This document shows, piece by piece, positions 30,546-38,724 of a DNA stretch of 62,805 nucleotides (position 1 is the stretch's first letter; each line of letters begins with the position of its first letter). Under the pieces are notes generated by a model. The model was not told the DNA's origin. It worked only from the letters and a program-made list of their open reading frames with translations, and searched no databases. Source of the stretch: an uncultured bacterium (GTDB lineage Bacteria > Sysuimicrobiota > Sysuimicrobiia > Sysuimicrobiales > Humicultoraceae); NCBI GenBank assembly GCA_964526945.1, contig CAZGNA010000001.1, forward strand, positions 1 through 62,805, given 5' to 3'. Made by a program: the position numbers and the translations under genes.

Positions 30546-31640
30546 ATGAGCCTGGCGCTGGGGATCGTCGGGCTGCCCAACGCCGGGAAATCCACGCTGT
30601 TCAACGCGCTCACCCAGGCGGGGGCTGCGGTCGCCCCCTACCCCTTCACCACCATCGCGCCGCACCTGGGCCAGGCAGCGGTGCCGGACGACCGGCTGGC
30701 CGCCATCGCGGCGGTGACGCACCCCGAACGGATCGTGCCCGCGGCGGTACGCGTCGTCGACATCGCGGGTCTGGTCCGCGGCGCGTCCCGCGGCGAGGGG
30801 TTGGGCAACCGGTTTCTCGCCCACATCCGTGACGTCGACGCGATCGTTCACGTGGTCCGCTGCTTTGCGGCCGGTGACGTCGCCCACCCCGAGGGTGCGG
30901 TGGATCCCGTGCGCGACGCCGGCGTGGTCGAGACGGAACTGGCGCTGGCCGACCTGGAGACGGTGGAGCGGGCGATCGAGCGCACTGCCCCCCGCGCCCG
31001 GACCGGCGAGCGCGCCGCGCGAGAGCACCTGGCGGTGCTGGAGGAGCTGGCAACCGTCGTGGGACGGGGCGAGCCCCTCCGGCGGGCTTCGCTCTCCGAG
31101 GGGGCACGCGTCCAGGCGGTCCAGTTGCGGCTGCTCACCCTCAAGCCGGTGCTCTACGTGGCCAACGTCGACGAGGCGGCGCTGCCCGACGGCGGTCCTG
31201 CCGCCGCGGCGCTGGCCGCCCTGGCGCAGCGCGAGGGCGCAAGGTGTCTGGTACTGTGCGCGCGCCTGGAGGCCGAGCTGCGCGAGATTCCCGAGGCGGA
31301 CGCCCGTGCCTACCTGGCATCGGTCGGGCTGGCAGAGCCCGGGCTGCCGCGGCTGGTGCGGGCTGGTTTCGCGTTGCTGGACTTGGTCAGCTTCTTCACG
31401 GTCCTCTCGCGCGAGGTGCGGGCCTGGCCGGTGCGCAGGGGCACCACGGCAGTGGAGGCCGCCGCCCGGATCCACACCGACATGGCGCGCGGATTCGTCC
31501 GTGCCGAGGTGGTTCCCTGGGACGTGCTGGTGGCGGCCGGGGGGCTCCAGGTGGCTCGCGAGCGCGGGCTCGTACGGCTCGAAGGGCGCGACTACCTCGT
31601 CCAGGACGGCGATGTGATCACGGTTCGCTTCGCGGTGTGA
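30546..31640 (+). CDS. ychF: ribosome-binding/redox-regulated ATPase YchF
   Basis: GIVGLPNAGKSTLFNALT..., a TGS-like C-terminus and DGDVITVRF are present. Confidence 0.95.
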   Translation: MSLALGIVGLPNAGKSTLFNALTQAGAAVAPYPFTTIAPHLGQAAVPDDRLAAIAAVTHPERIVPAAVRVVDIAGLVRGASRGEGLGNRFLAHIRDVDAIVHVVRCFAAGDVAHPEGAVDPVRDAGVVETELALADLETVERAIERTAPRARTGERAAREHLAVLEELATVVGRGEPLRRASLSEGARVQAVQLRLLTLKPVLYVANVDEAALPDGGPAAAALAALAQREGARCLVLCARLEAELREIPEADARAYLASVGLAEPGLPRLVRAGFALLDLVSFFTVLSREVRAWPVRRGTTAVEAAARIHTDMARGFVRAEVVPWDVLVAAGGLQVARERGLVRLEGRDYLVQDGDVITVRFAV

Positions 31641-31742
31641 CCAGTGCTCCCCGAGCGCGTCACCCGCACCAGCGGCATCGCGTCGTCCGGGGTCCGCGCC
31701 AACGGACGCAACGCCGCGTGGACGCCCCCGCCACCCCCGTAC

Positions 31743-31771
31743 TTGTACCGTGCGAGCGCCGATGCTAGAAT
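31743..31771 (+). promoter_or_regulatory. promoter of the rpsF-ssb-rpsR operon
   Basis: TTGTAC (31743-31748), a 17-nt spacer, then TAGAAT (31766-31771). About 140 nt of leader precede rpsF. Confidence 0.5.
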
Positions 31772-31915
31772 TGGCGTCGCTTGTAGCGGTGCGGTTGCGT
31801 GTACCGCGCGTTCCTCCTGCCCTCCGGCGGCGCCCGTCGTGCGGGGGGCCGCGGGCGATACGCCCTCCGGACCTGGCGCTGCGGGTCTGGAAGTCCAGAG
31901 GAGGAGGGGGCTGTG

Positions 31916-32302
31916 GTGAAGAGCTACGATCTGGTGTACATCGCGAAACCCGACCTCGACGGCGAGGCGCTGGCGGCACTGGTCGAGCGCGTGCATCAGC
32001 GGCTGCGCGAGCAGCACGCCGTCGTCGAACACACGGAGGTCTGGGGCAAGCGCCGGATGGCCTACCCCATCCAGCGGCATCGGGAAGGGCAGTACGTGTT
32101 CGTCCGCTTCACGGCCCCGGGGGATGCCATTCCCGAGATCAAGCGGGCGTTGCGCCTCAGCGAGGAGATCCTGCGCGCCTCGGTAACCGTCGCGGTCGGG
32201 CCCCTGGCCAAGGCCGCGTCCGCGCCACCCTCCGGTCAGCTCAGCGCCGCGCAGCCCGAGGCGACGCCCGCAGCGGCAAGAACCGAGACGCCCGGGACCT
32301 GA
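31916..32302 (+). CDS. rpsF: 30S ribosomal protein S6
   Basis: VKSYDLVYIAKPDLD...WGKRRMAYPI..H.EG.YVF is present. GTG follows GGAGGAGGGGG; a start at 31913 is also possible. Confidence 0.9.
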   Translation: MKSYDLVYIAKPDLDGEALAALVERVHQRLREQHAVVEHTEVWGKRRMAYPIQRHREGQYVFVRFTAPGDAIPEIKRALRLSEEILRASVTVAVGPLAKAASAPPSGQLSAAQPEATPAAARTETPGT

Positions 32303-32327
32303 GGCCCCGGCGGGGGGAGGGAGTGCG

Positions 32328-32723
32328 GTGCTCAACCGGATCATCCTCATCGGCAGGCTCACCCGTGACCCTGAGCTGCGGTACGTGCCCAGCGGGCAGC
32401 CCGTAGCGTCGTTCACCCTGGCGGTCGACCGCCCGTTCACCAACCAGCAGGGCGAGCGCGAGACCGATTTCATCGACATCGTGGCCTGGCGGAAGCTGGC
32501 GGAGCAGGTCAGCCAGCACCTGTCCAAGGGGCGCCTGGTGGCCGTGGAGGGCCGGCTCCAGATCCGGTCGTTCGAGACGCAGGACGGCCAGAAGCGGCGG
32601 ATCGCCGAAGTGGTGGCCGACGCGGTCCGGTTTCTCGACCGCAAGGCAGCAGGCGCGGCGGTGGCGGCGCCCGCCCAGGGCGAGGAGTTCGCCGAGGAGG
32701 TCGAGGAGGACATCCCCTTCTAG
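32328..32723 (+). CDS. ssb: single-stranded DNA-binding protein
   Basis: LNRIILIGRLTRDPELRY...F.LAV.R...DFIDIVAWRKLAE and the acidic tail EEDIPF are present. Confidence 0.95.
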   Translation: MLNRIILIGRLTRDPELRYVPSGQPVASFTLAVDRPFTNQQGERETDFIDIVAWRKLAEQVSQHLSKGRLVAVEGRLQIRSFETQDGQKRRIAEVVADAVRFLDRKAAGAAVAAPAQGEEFAEEVEEDIPF

Positions 32724-32825
32724 TGTCCGGCTCGTGCCCGGCGCGGCGGACGCCGCGGACCGGCGGGCACAGGGCATGGGGTGACGACAGACGGCAATCG
32801 GACAGGAGCATCCCGGAGGGACCGT

Positions 32826-33077
32826 ATGGCCGACGCAGCGCCGAAGAAACAGTGGCGGGGACGCAGGCAGAAGCGCAAGACCTGTGCGTTCTGCGCCGAG
32901 AAGGCCAGGGAGATCGACTTCAAGGATGCGCAGCGCCTGCGGCGGTACGTGACCGACCGCGGGAAGATCGTGCCCCGGCGCGTCTCGGGCAACTGCGCCC
33001 GGCACCAACGCCTCCTGGCCGTCGCCATCAAGCGGGCCCGCGAGCTGGCCCTGCTGCCGTACACGACCGTCGATTAG
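32826..33077 (+). CDS. rpsR: 30S ribosomal protein S18
   Basis: [44 protein letters not shown] is present. ATG at 32826 follows GGAGGGA. Confidence 0.95.
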   Translation: MADAAPKKQWRGRRQKRKTCAFCAEKAREIDFKDAQRLRRYVTDRGKIVPRRVSGNCARHQRLLAVAIKRARELALLPYTTVD

Positions 33078-33147
33078 ACGCGCCTTGTAGCGGTGCAGGC
33101 GGCCGGCGGGGACGGCGTGCGGACGCGCCGGCCGGGGCCAAGACGAC

Positions 33148-34164
33148 GTGGCGGGAAGCGACGCGAAGACGATCAGTACGCGCGGGCTGACCGAGGGCGC
33201 GATCCTCGCCGCCCTGGTGGCCCTGTTCGCCGTAGCGACGCGCTACCTGCCGCTCGTGGGGATCGCGACGGCCCTGCTCTGTCCGCTCCCCCTGGCCGTG
33301 TTGGTCATCCGACACGGCCTGCGGGTCGCGGTCGTCGCCGCGGGGGCCAGCGGACTCGTGGGCGCGACGCTGGCGGGCCCGCTGGTGGGGGTCGCGATCC
33401 TGATCTCGTTCGCGCCCATGGGGCTGGTGATCGGCACGGGCGCGGCGCGCGGGTGGCCGGCCGCGCGCGTGGTGGCCGCGGGCTCGCTGGTGTCCGCGTG
33501 CTCCACGGCCTTGAGCTTCCTGGGGCTGCTGGGCGGTGGGCGCATGAGCCCCACCGCCCTGGCCCAGGAGATGCAGCGCACCATGGAGCGCAGCGCGGCG
33601 ATGGCCACCGGGCTCTATACCCGCCTGGGCGTCCCGCCGGAACAGCTCGAGGCCGTGACCCGGCAGATGACCGAGGCGGCGCGCTTCCTCCCCTACCTGC
33701 TGCCCGCGTCGTTCGTGCTGGGCGCCGTGCTGGCCGCGTGGCTCAACTACGAGGTCGCGCGGCGCGTGCTTGGGCGCTTCGGTTTCAGCCTGCGCCCGCT
33801 GCCACCGGCCCGGCAGTGGCGGCTGCCCGCCTGGGCGGTCTGGTTCCCCGTGCTGGGCTTCGTGCTGAGTGCGGCGGGACCGCGGGTCGGTGGCGTGTCG
33901 CTGGCGGGCGCGGGCCTGTCGGTGCTGTTTGCGTCGATGATCGCCTTCATGTTCCAGGGGCTCCTGGCCACCTGGGTGATCCTCGGCAACCTGGAGCTGT
34001 CCCGCCGCGAGCGCTGGTTTGCCGTCGTGCTGGTGTTCATGCTCTCGACGGCGCTGCCGTTCCTCAACCTCGTGGTGTTCTACCTTGGGATCGCCGATAG
34101 CCTCCTGAAGGTTCGGGATCGCTGGGGACTGCCGCGGGAGCAGCGGTCCAAGGTGGGCTCATGA
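33148..34164 (+). CDS. polytopic membrane protein, DUF2232 / YybS-like
   Basis: The protein has many TM segments. It sits between rpsR and rplI, as yybS does in Bacillus. Its stop overlaps the rplI ATG. Confidence 0.7.
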   Translation: MAGSDAKTISTRGLTEGAILAALVALFAVATRYLPLVGIATALLCPLPLAVLVIRHGLRVAVVAAGASGLVGATLAGPLVGVAILISFAPMGLVIGTGAARGWPAARVVAAGSLVSACSTALSFLGLLGGGRMSPTALAQEMQRTMERSAAMATGLYTRLGVPPEQLEAVTRQMTEAARFLPYLLPASFVLGAVLAAWLNYEVARRVLGRFGFSLRPLPPARQWRLPAWAVWFPVLGFVLSAAGPRVGGVSLAGAGLSVLFASMIAFMFQGLLATWVILGNLELSRRERWFAVVLVFMLSTALPFLNLVVFYLGIADSLLKVRDRWGLPREQRSKVGS

Positions 34165-34607
34165 AAGTCGTCTTGCTGAAGGACGTGCCGGGAACGGGCA
34201 AGGCCGGTACGGTCGTCGACGTCAAGGAAGGGCACGCTCGCAACTACCTGCTGCCGCGCGGGCTGGCCGTGGAGGCCACCGAGGGCACGCTGCGACAGCT
34301 CGAGCAGCAACGCCGCGCGCTCCAGCAGCGCCTCGAGCGCGAACGTCGGGAGATCGCCGATCAACGGCGGCGGTTGGAGTCGCTGGTGCTGGAGATCCGT
34401 GCCCGCGCCGGAGAGCGCGGACGGCTCTTCGGCGCTGTGACGGCCCAGCAGATCGCTGCCGCACTGGAAGCGCGCGGGTTCTCGGTGACGCGGAAGCAGG
34501 TCGAGCTGGACGAGCCCATTCGGGCGGAGGGGTTCTACAAGGTGCCGGTCCGCCTGCGCCCCGGGGTGGTGGTGCACGTCGAGGTGAACGTCATCGGGAG
34601 CCGCTGA
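34161..34607 (+). CDS. rplI: 50S ribosomal protein L9
   Basis: MKVVLLKDVPGTGKAGTVVDVKEGHARNYLLPRGLAV is present. Confidence 0.95.
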   Translation: MKVVLLKDVPGTGKAGTVVDVKEGHARNYLLPRGLAVEATEGTLRQLEQQRRALQQRLERERREIADQRRRLESLVLEIRARAGERGRLFGAVTAQQIAAALEARGFSVTRKQVELDEPIRAEGFYKVPVRLRPGVVVHVEVNVIGSR

Positions 34608-34642
34608 CCCCGCCGGCCGCCTCCCGTGGCGGCCGTGGCGGG
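34608..34642 (+). terminator. GC hairpin after rplI (weak call)
   Basis: GGCCGCC (34615-34621) pairs with GGCGGCC (34628-34634), loop TCCCGT. The stem can be extended with bulges. No U tract follows. Confidence 0.3.
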
Positions 34643-34877
34643 ACGTGCCGGTGCCGCCGTCAACGGACAGTCGGCGCAAAGCGGTGGTGCAGATCCCTGT
34701 CCATGGGGCAGGTGGCTGCCGCATCCCCGCCTGGCCTGCTGTCGATTCCCACCGGATGCCCACCGCCAATCCACCGTTATTGAACGGCGTGGTGTGCTGT
34801 TGCGCGCAGGGCGTCCCCAAGGGATTCCACAAGGGAGCGCCAAACCGTTGTGCCTGTGAGTTCCTTGCTCGGGCCTC

Positions 34878-34907
34878 TTGACATATCGTACATTTGTTCG
34901 ATAAACT
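34878..34907 (+). promoter_or_regulatory. candidate dnaB promoter
   Basis: TTGACA (34878-34883), an 18-nt spacer, then TAAACT (34902-34907), in an A/T-rich patch. Confidence 0.4.
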
Positions 34908-34937
34908 TGGAGCATAGGAGCGAACGGGAGTTCGGCT

Positions 34938-37277
34938 ATGGCTGATGGCCCGGTCCTCGACCGCGTGCCGCCGCAGAACCTCGAGGCGGAACAGAGTGTG
35001 CTGGGCTCGATGCTGCTCGAGCGCGACGCCATCGCGCGGGCCGTGGAGATTCTCCGCCCGGAGGACTTCTATCGCGAGGCCCACCGGCGCATCTTCGAGA
35101 CGATCGCCGACCTGTTCGAGCGCGGCGAGCCCGCGGACCTGATCACCGTCACCGACCGGCTGCGCGCCCGCGGGCTCCTCGACGACGTGGGCGGGGTGGC
35201 CTACGTCACCTCGCTGCTGCACACGGTGCCGACCGCCGCCAACGTCGAGTACTACGCCCGGATCGTCGTCCAGAAGTCGATGCTGCGCCAGCTGATCCAC
35301 GCGGGCACGCGGATCGTGGACATGGGCTACCGCGAGGACCAGGACGTCGAGGTGCTCGTCGACCAGGCCGAGAAGCTGGTCTTCGGCATCGCCTCCCGTC
35401 GCATGGGGCAGGAGTTCGTGCCGCTGCCGGAGATCCTGCGCGAGAGCTTCGACCGCATCGACAAGCGCTACCGGGAGAAGGGGACCATCACCGGGGTGCC
35501 CACGGGGTTCGTCGAGCTGGACAAGCTGACGTCCGGCCTGCAGCCCGCCGACCTCATCATCGTGGCCGCCCGACCGTCGATGGGCAAGTGTCTCAAGTTC
35601 GACGCCGAGGTGGTCGACGCCGTCACCGGCGAGGTGCGGACGATCCAGGAGCTGGTGGCCGCCGGCCGCGCACGCCTGCTGACGCTTGGGGCCGACCACC
35701 GGTTCCGGCCCGCCGAGCCCAGCCTCTTCGTCGACGACGGCATCAAGCCGGTCTTCCGCGTCACCACCAGCGGCGGGCGCCAGGTGGAGACGACGCTCAC
35801 GCACCCGTTCCTGACGCCCCACGGGTGGGAGCCGCTGGCTGCCCTGCAGCCGGGCGCGCTGGTGGCGGTGCCACGCCGCCTGCCGGTGTTCGGCCGGGGC
35901 GAGCTGCCCGATCACGAGATCAAGCTGCTGGCCTACGTGTGCAGCGGGCGTCTGCCCACCCATCCCGCGATCGCCGAGGACTTCGCCGACGCCGCGGCCG
36001 CGGCCGAAGCGATCCTGGCGGCCGCGCGCCGAACGGTCGACGTCCGCGCCATCGGCGGTGGCGCCGAAGGCGGACTGGCCATCGAGGACCTGCGCTGGCG
36101 CTACCCCGAGCTGGCGCAGCCCCCGGGCGCCCGCGGGCTGCCCGCAGCCGTCTTCACCCTGCGGCGCGAGAAACTCGCCCTGTTCCTCAACCGCCTGCTG
36201 GGAGCCACCGCCGAGGTGGCCGAACACCCGGACGGCTACCGGGCGACGGTTGTGTTGCCGTCGGCGCGCATGGCGCGCCAGGTGCAGCACCTGCTGCTGC
36301 GGTTTGGGGCCCCGGCCGTCCGGGACGGGGCTACGCTCGCGCTGGGGGTGAGCGCGACGCTGGCCGTCGTGCGCGAGTGCGGCCTGTTCGGGTGGGAGCG
36401 GTTGCGCCGGTGGGCCCGGCACGCCCAGCGTTCGCTGCTGGACGACGTGGACGTCATGTGGGAGGAGATCGTGCACATCGAGGAGATCGGGGCCTCGCAG
36501 GTGTACGACCTCACCGTGCCCGAGACCCACAACTTCGTCGCCAACGACGTGTGCGTGCACAACACGACGTTCGCCCTGAACATCGCGCAGCATGCAGCGC
36601 TGGAGCACAAGATCCCCGTGGCGATCTTCAGCCTCGAGACCAACAAGGAACAGCTCGTGCAGCGGATGTTGTGCAGCGAGGCGCAGGTCGACTCGTCCCG
36701 GTTGCGCACGGGCTACCTGACCGACGCCGACTGGCCCCGGCTGGCGGCGGCGATGGGGCGACTGTCGGAAGCGCCCATCTTCATCGACGATACCGCCAAC
36801 CTCACCGCCATCGAGATGCGCGCCAAAGCCCGCAAGCTGCGGGCCGAGCACGGCCTGGGCCTCATCATCATCGACTACCTGCAGATGATCCAGTCGTACA
36901 AGCGGGCGGAGAACCGTACGCAGGAGGTGTCGGAGATCGCCCGCGCCATCAAGTCGCTGGCGAAGGAGCTGGACATCCCGGTGCTGGCCGTCTCGCAGCT
37001 GTCGCGGGTCGTGGAGCTGTCGGGGACGAAGCGTCCCCAGCTGTCGCACCTGCGCGAGTCGGGCGAGCTGGAGCAGGTCGCCGACCTGGTGTTGTTCATC
37101 TACCGCGAGGACTACTACGACCACGCCAAGGCCCGCGCCGAGGGCAAGGAGCACATCGCCGAGATCCGCATCGCCAAGCACCGCAACGGGCCGGTGGGCG
37201 ACATCGAGATGTTCTTCCACAAGGAGTACGGGCGGTTCATGGACCTCGACCGGCGCCACGCGGCGGCAGGGTCGTAG
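34938..37277 (+). CDS. dnaB: replicative DNA helicase DnaB, interrupted by an intein
   Basis: The N-terminus is PPQNLEAEQSVLGSML. Walker A is split as ARPSMGK | intein | TTFALNIA. The C-terminal RecA-like domain is intact. The exteins total 454 aa. Confidence 0.95.
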   Translation: MADGPVLDRVPPQNLEAEQSVLGSMLLERDAIARAVEILRPEDFYREAHRRIFETIADLFERGEPADLITVTDRLRARGLLDDVGGVAYVTSLLHTVPTAANVEYYARIVVQKSMLRQLIHAGTRIVDMGYREDQDVEVLVDQAEKLVFGIASRRMGQEFVPLPEILRESFDRIDKRYREKGTITGVPTGFVELDKLTSGLQPADLIIVAARPSMGKCLKFDAEVVDAVTGEVRTIQELVAAGRARLLTLGADHRFRPAEPSLFVDDGIKPVFRVTTSGGRQVETTLTHPFLTPHGWEPLAALQPGALVAVPRRLPVFGRGELPDHEIKLLAYVCSGRLPTHPAIAEDFADAAAAAEAILAAARRTVDVRAIGGGAEGGLAIEDLRWRYPELAQPPGARGLPAAVFTLRREKLALFLNRLLGATAEVAEHPDGYRATVVLPSARMARQVQHLLLRFGAPAVRDGATLALGVSATLAVVRECGLFGWERLRRWARHAQRSLLDDVDVMWEEIVHIEEIGASQVYDLTVPETHNFVANDVCVHNTTFALNIAQHAALEHKIPVAIFSLETNKEQLVQRMLCSEAQVDSSRLRTGYLTDADWPRLAAAMGRLSEAPIFIDDTANLTAIEMRAKARKLRAEHGLGLIIIDYLQMIQSYKRAENRTQEVSEIARAIKSLAKELDIPVLAVSQLSRVVELSGTKRPQLSHLRESGELEQVADLVLFIYREDYYDHAKARAEGKEHIAEIRIAKHRNGPVGDIEMFFHKEYGRFMDLDRRHAAAGS
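35589..36563 (+). mobile_element. intein (325 codons) inserted in the DnaB P-loop
   Basis: It starts with Cys (CLKFDAEVVDAVTGE) and has block B TLTHPFLT. It ends ...THNFVANDVCVHN and is followed by Thr. The central region carries only degenerate LAGLIDADG-like segments (KLLAYVCSGR, LALFLNRLLGATAEV). Confidence 0.9.
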
Positions 37278-37556
37278 CACCGGCGCCGCCGGGGGGAGAG
37301 GAGCGGCGGTCCAGCGCGGCGCTAGGAGTGGCTGCAGGCGGCGCCGGGCGCGGTGAAAAGTGGGCTGCAGGCGGCGCGGGGTGCGGCGGGATAGGGCCGC
37401 GAGCGGCGCAGAGGGCGGCCGGAGGGGCACCCAGGCGCGGCCCGGCAGCCAGAGCCCGCTTGCTTGTCAGTAGCCGCGGGCCGCGGCTACACTAGACACT
37501 GCACGAGACGCTGCTGGTGCAGCCGTCACAGCGCGGTGCCCGCGCGGGGAGGACGT

Positions 37557-38699
37557 ATGGCCACACCACCCGGGAAGGTCCAGGTCGCTGAGGGCCTGGA
37601 GGGCGTTGTTGCAGGGCTGTCCTCGATCTGCCTGGTCGACGGCGTCCACGGCCGGTTGATCTATCGGGGATACGACGCCATCGAGCTCGCCGAGCGGGCC
37701 ACCTTCGAAGAAGTGGCCTACCTGCTGTGGCATGGCGACCTGCCATCGCGGTCCGCCCTGGACCAGCTGCGTGCCGACCTGGTGGCGGCGGGCCGTCTGC
37801 CGACGCCCGTGGTGCAGGTGTTGCGGCTGGTGCCGCCCGATGCGCATCCGATGGCCGTGCTGCGCACGGCCGTCTCGGCCCTGGCCCACTTCGACCCCGA
37901 GGCCGCCGACAACGCGCCGGCGGCCAACCTCCGCAAGGCGGTGCGCCTGACGGCGCAGATAGCCGCCATCGTGGCCGGGTTCCACCGGCTGCGCACCGGG
38001 GCCGAGCCGCTGGCCCCGCTGCCAACGCTGGGGCACGCGGCCAACTTCCTGTACCTGTTGCACGGCGCCGCGCCCGACCCGGAGGTCGCGCGGGCGCTGG
38101 ACGTGGTGCTGATCCTCCACGCGGACCACGAGTTCAACGCCAGCACCTTTTCGGCGCGCGTGACCGCCGCCACCCTCTCCGACCTGCACTCGGCCGTAGT
38201 GTCGGCCATCGGCACGCTCAAGGGTCCCCTCCACGGGGGGGCCAACGAGGAGGTCATGCGACTACTGGAGCAGATCGGCACCGTCGATCGGGTGGAGCCG
38301 GTGATCACCGAGATGCTGGCGGCCAAGAAGAAGGTCCCCGGGTTCGGGCACCGGGTCTACCGCACCGAGGACCCGCGGGCCCGAATCCTGCGGCCGCTCT
38401 CGAAGCAGCTGGGCGAGCGAGCCGGCGACGTCCGCTGGTACGAGCTCACCCGGCGGGTCGAGGACGTGGTGACCGCGCAGCGCAAGATCCACGCCAACGT
38501 CGACTTCTACTCGGCGTCGGTCTATCGCGCGATGGGCATCCCCACCGACCTGTACACGGCGGTGTTCGCCGTGAGCCGTATCGTGGGCTGGACCGCCCAC
38601 GTCATGGAGCAGTACGCCGACAACCGGCTCATCCGGCCGGTGTCCGAGTACGTGGGCCCGCTGGACAGGACGTTCGTCCCGCTCGAGGAGCGGCGGTAG
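37557..38699 (+). CDS. gltA: citrate synthase (short, type-II-like)
   Basis: GLEGVVAG.S.IC.VDG..G.L.YRGY, HADHEFNASTF, GPLHGGANE and GFGHRVYRTEDPR are present. ATG at 37557 follows GGGGAGGA. Confidence 0.9.
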   Translation: MATPPGKVQVAEGLEGVVAGLSSICLVDGVHGRLIYRGYDAIELAERATFEEVAYLLWHGDLPSRSALDQLRADLVAAGRLPTPVVQVLRLVPPDAHPMAVLRTAVSALAHFDPEAADNAPAANLRKAVRLTAQIAAIVAGFHRLRTGAEPLAPLPTLGHAANFLYLLHGAAPDPEVARALDVVLILHADHEFNASTFSARVTAATLSDLHSAVVSAIGTLKGPLHGGANEEVMRLLEQIGTVDRVEPVITEMLAAKKKVPGFGHRVYRTEDPRARILRPLSKQLGERAGDVRWYELTRRVEDVVTAQRKIHANVDFYSASVYRAMGIPTDLYTAVFAVSRIVGWTAHVMEQYADNRLIRPVSEYVGPLDRTFVPLEERR

Positions 38700-38724
38700 C
38701 GACCGGGCCCCGGGAGGCGCGGCC

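Noticed and set aside
31779-31792. The 13-nt string CTTGTAGCGGTGC in the rpsF leader is repeated just after the rpsR stop (33084-33096), bracketing the rpsF-ssb-rpsR operon.
   Set aside because: By a rough random-expectation estimate, exact 13-mers are expected to recur many times in a window of this size and composition. I could not fold either copy into the S6:S18-binding leader motif from memory. It is noted only as a possible lead.
27798-31979. A 1393-aa ORF on the minus strand. Similar giants occur at 23131..27189 (1352 aa), 48155..51868 (1237 aa), 34080..37430 (1116 aa) and 48574..51951 (1125 aa).
   Set aside because: They run antisense or out of frame to genes with unmistakable homology (clpB, GGDEF/ychF, dnaB, RND pump). 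Their translations are Arg/Pro/Gly/Ala-rich low-complexity strings. They are the expected stop-codon-poor artefacts of very high GC.
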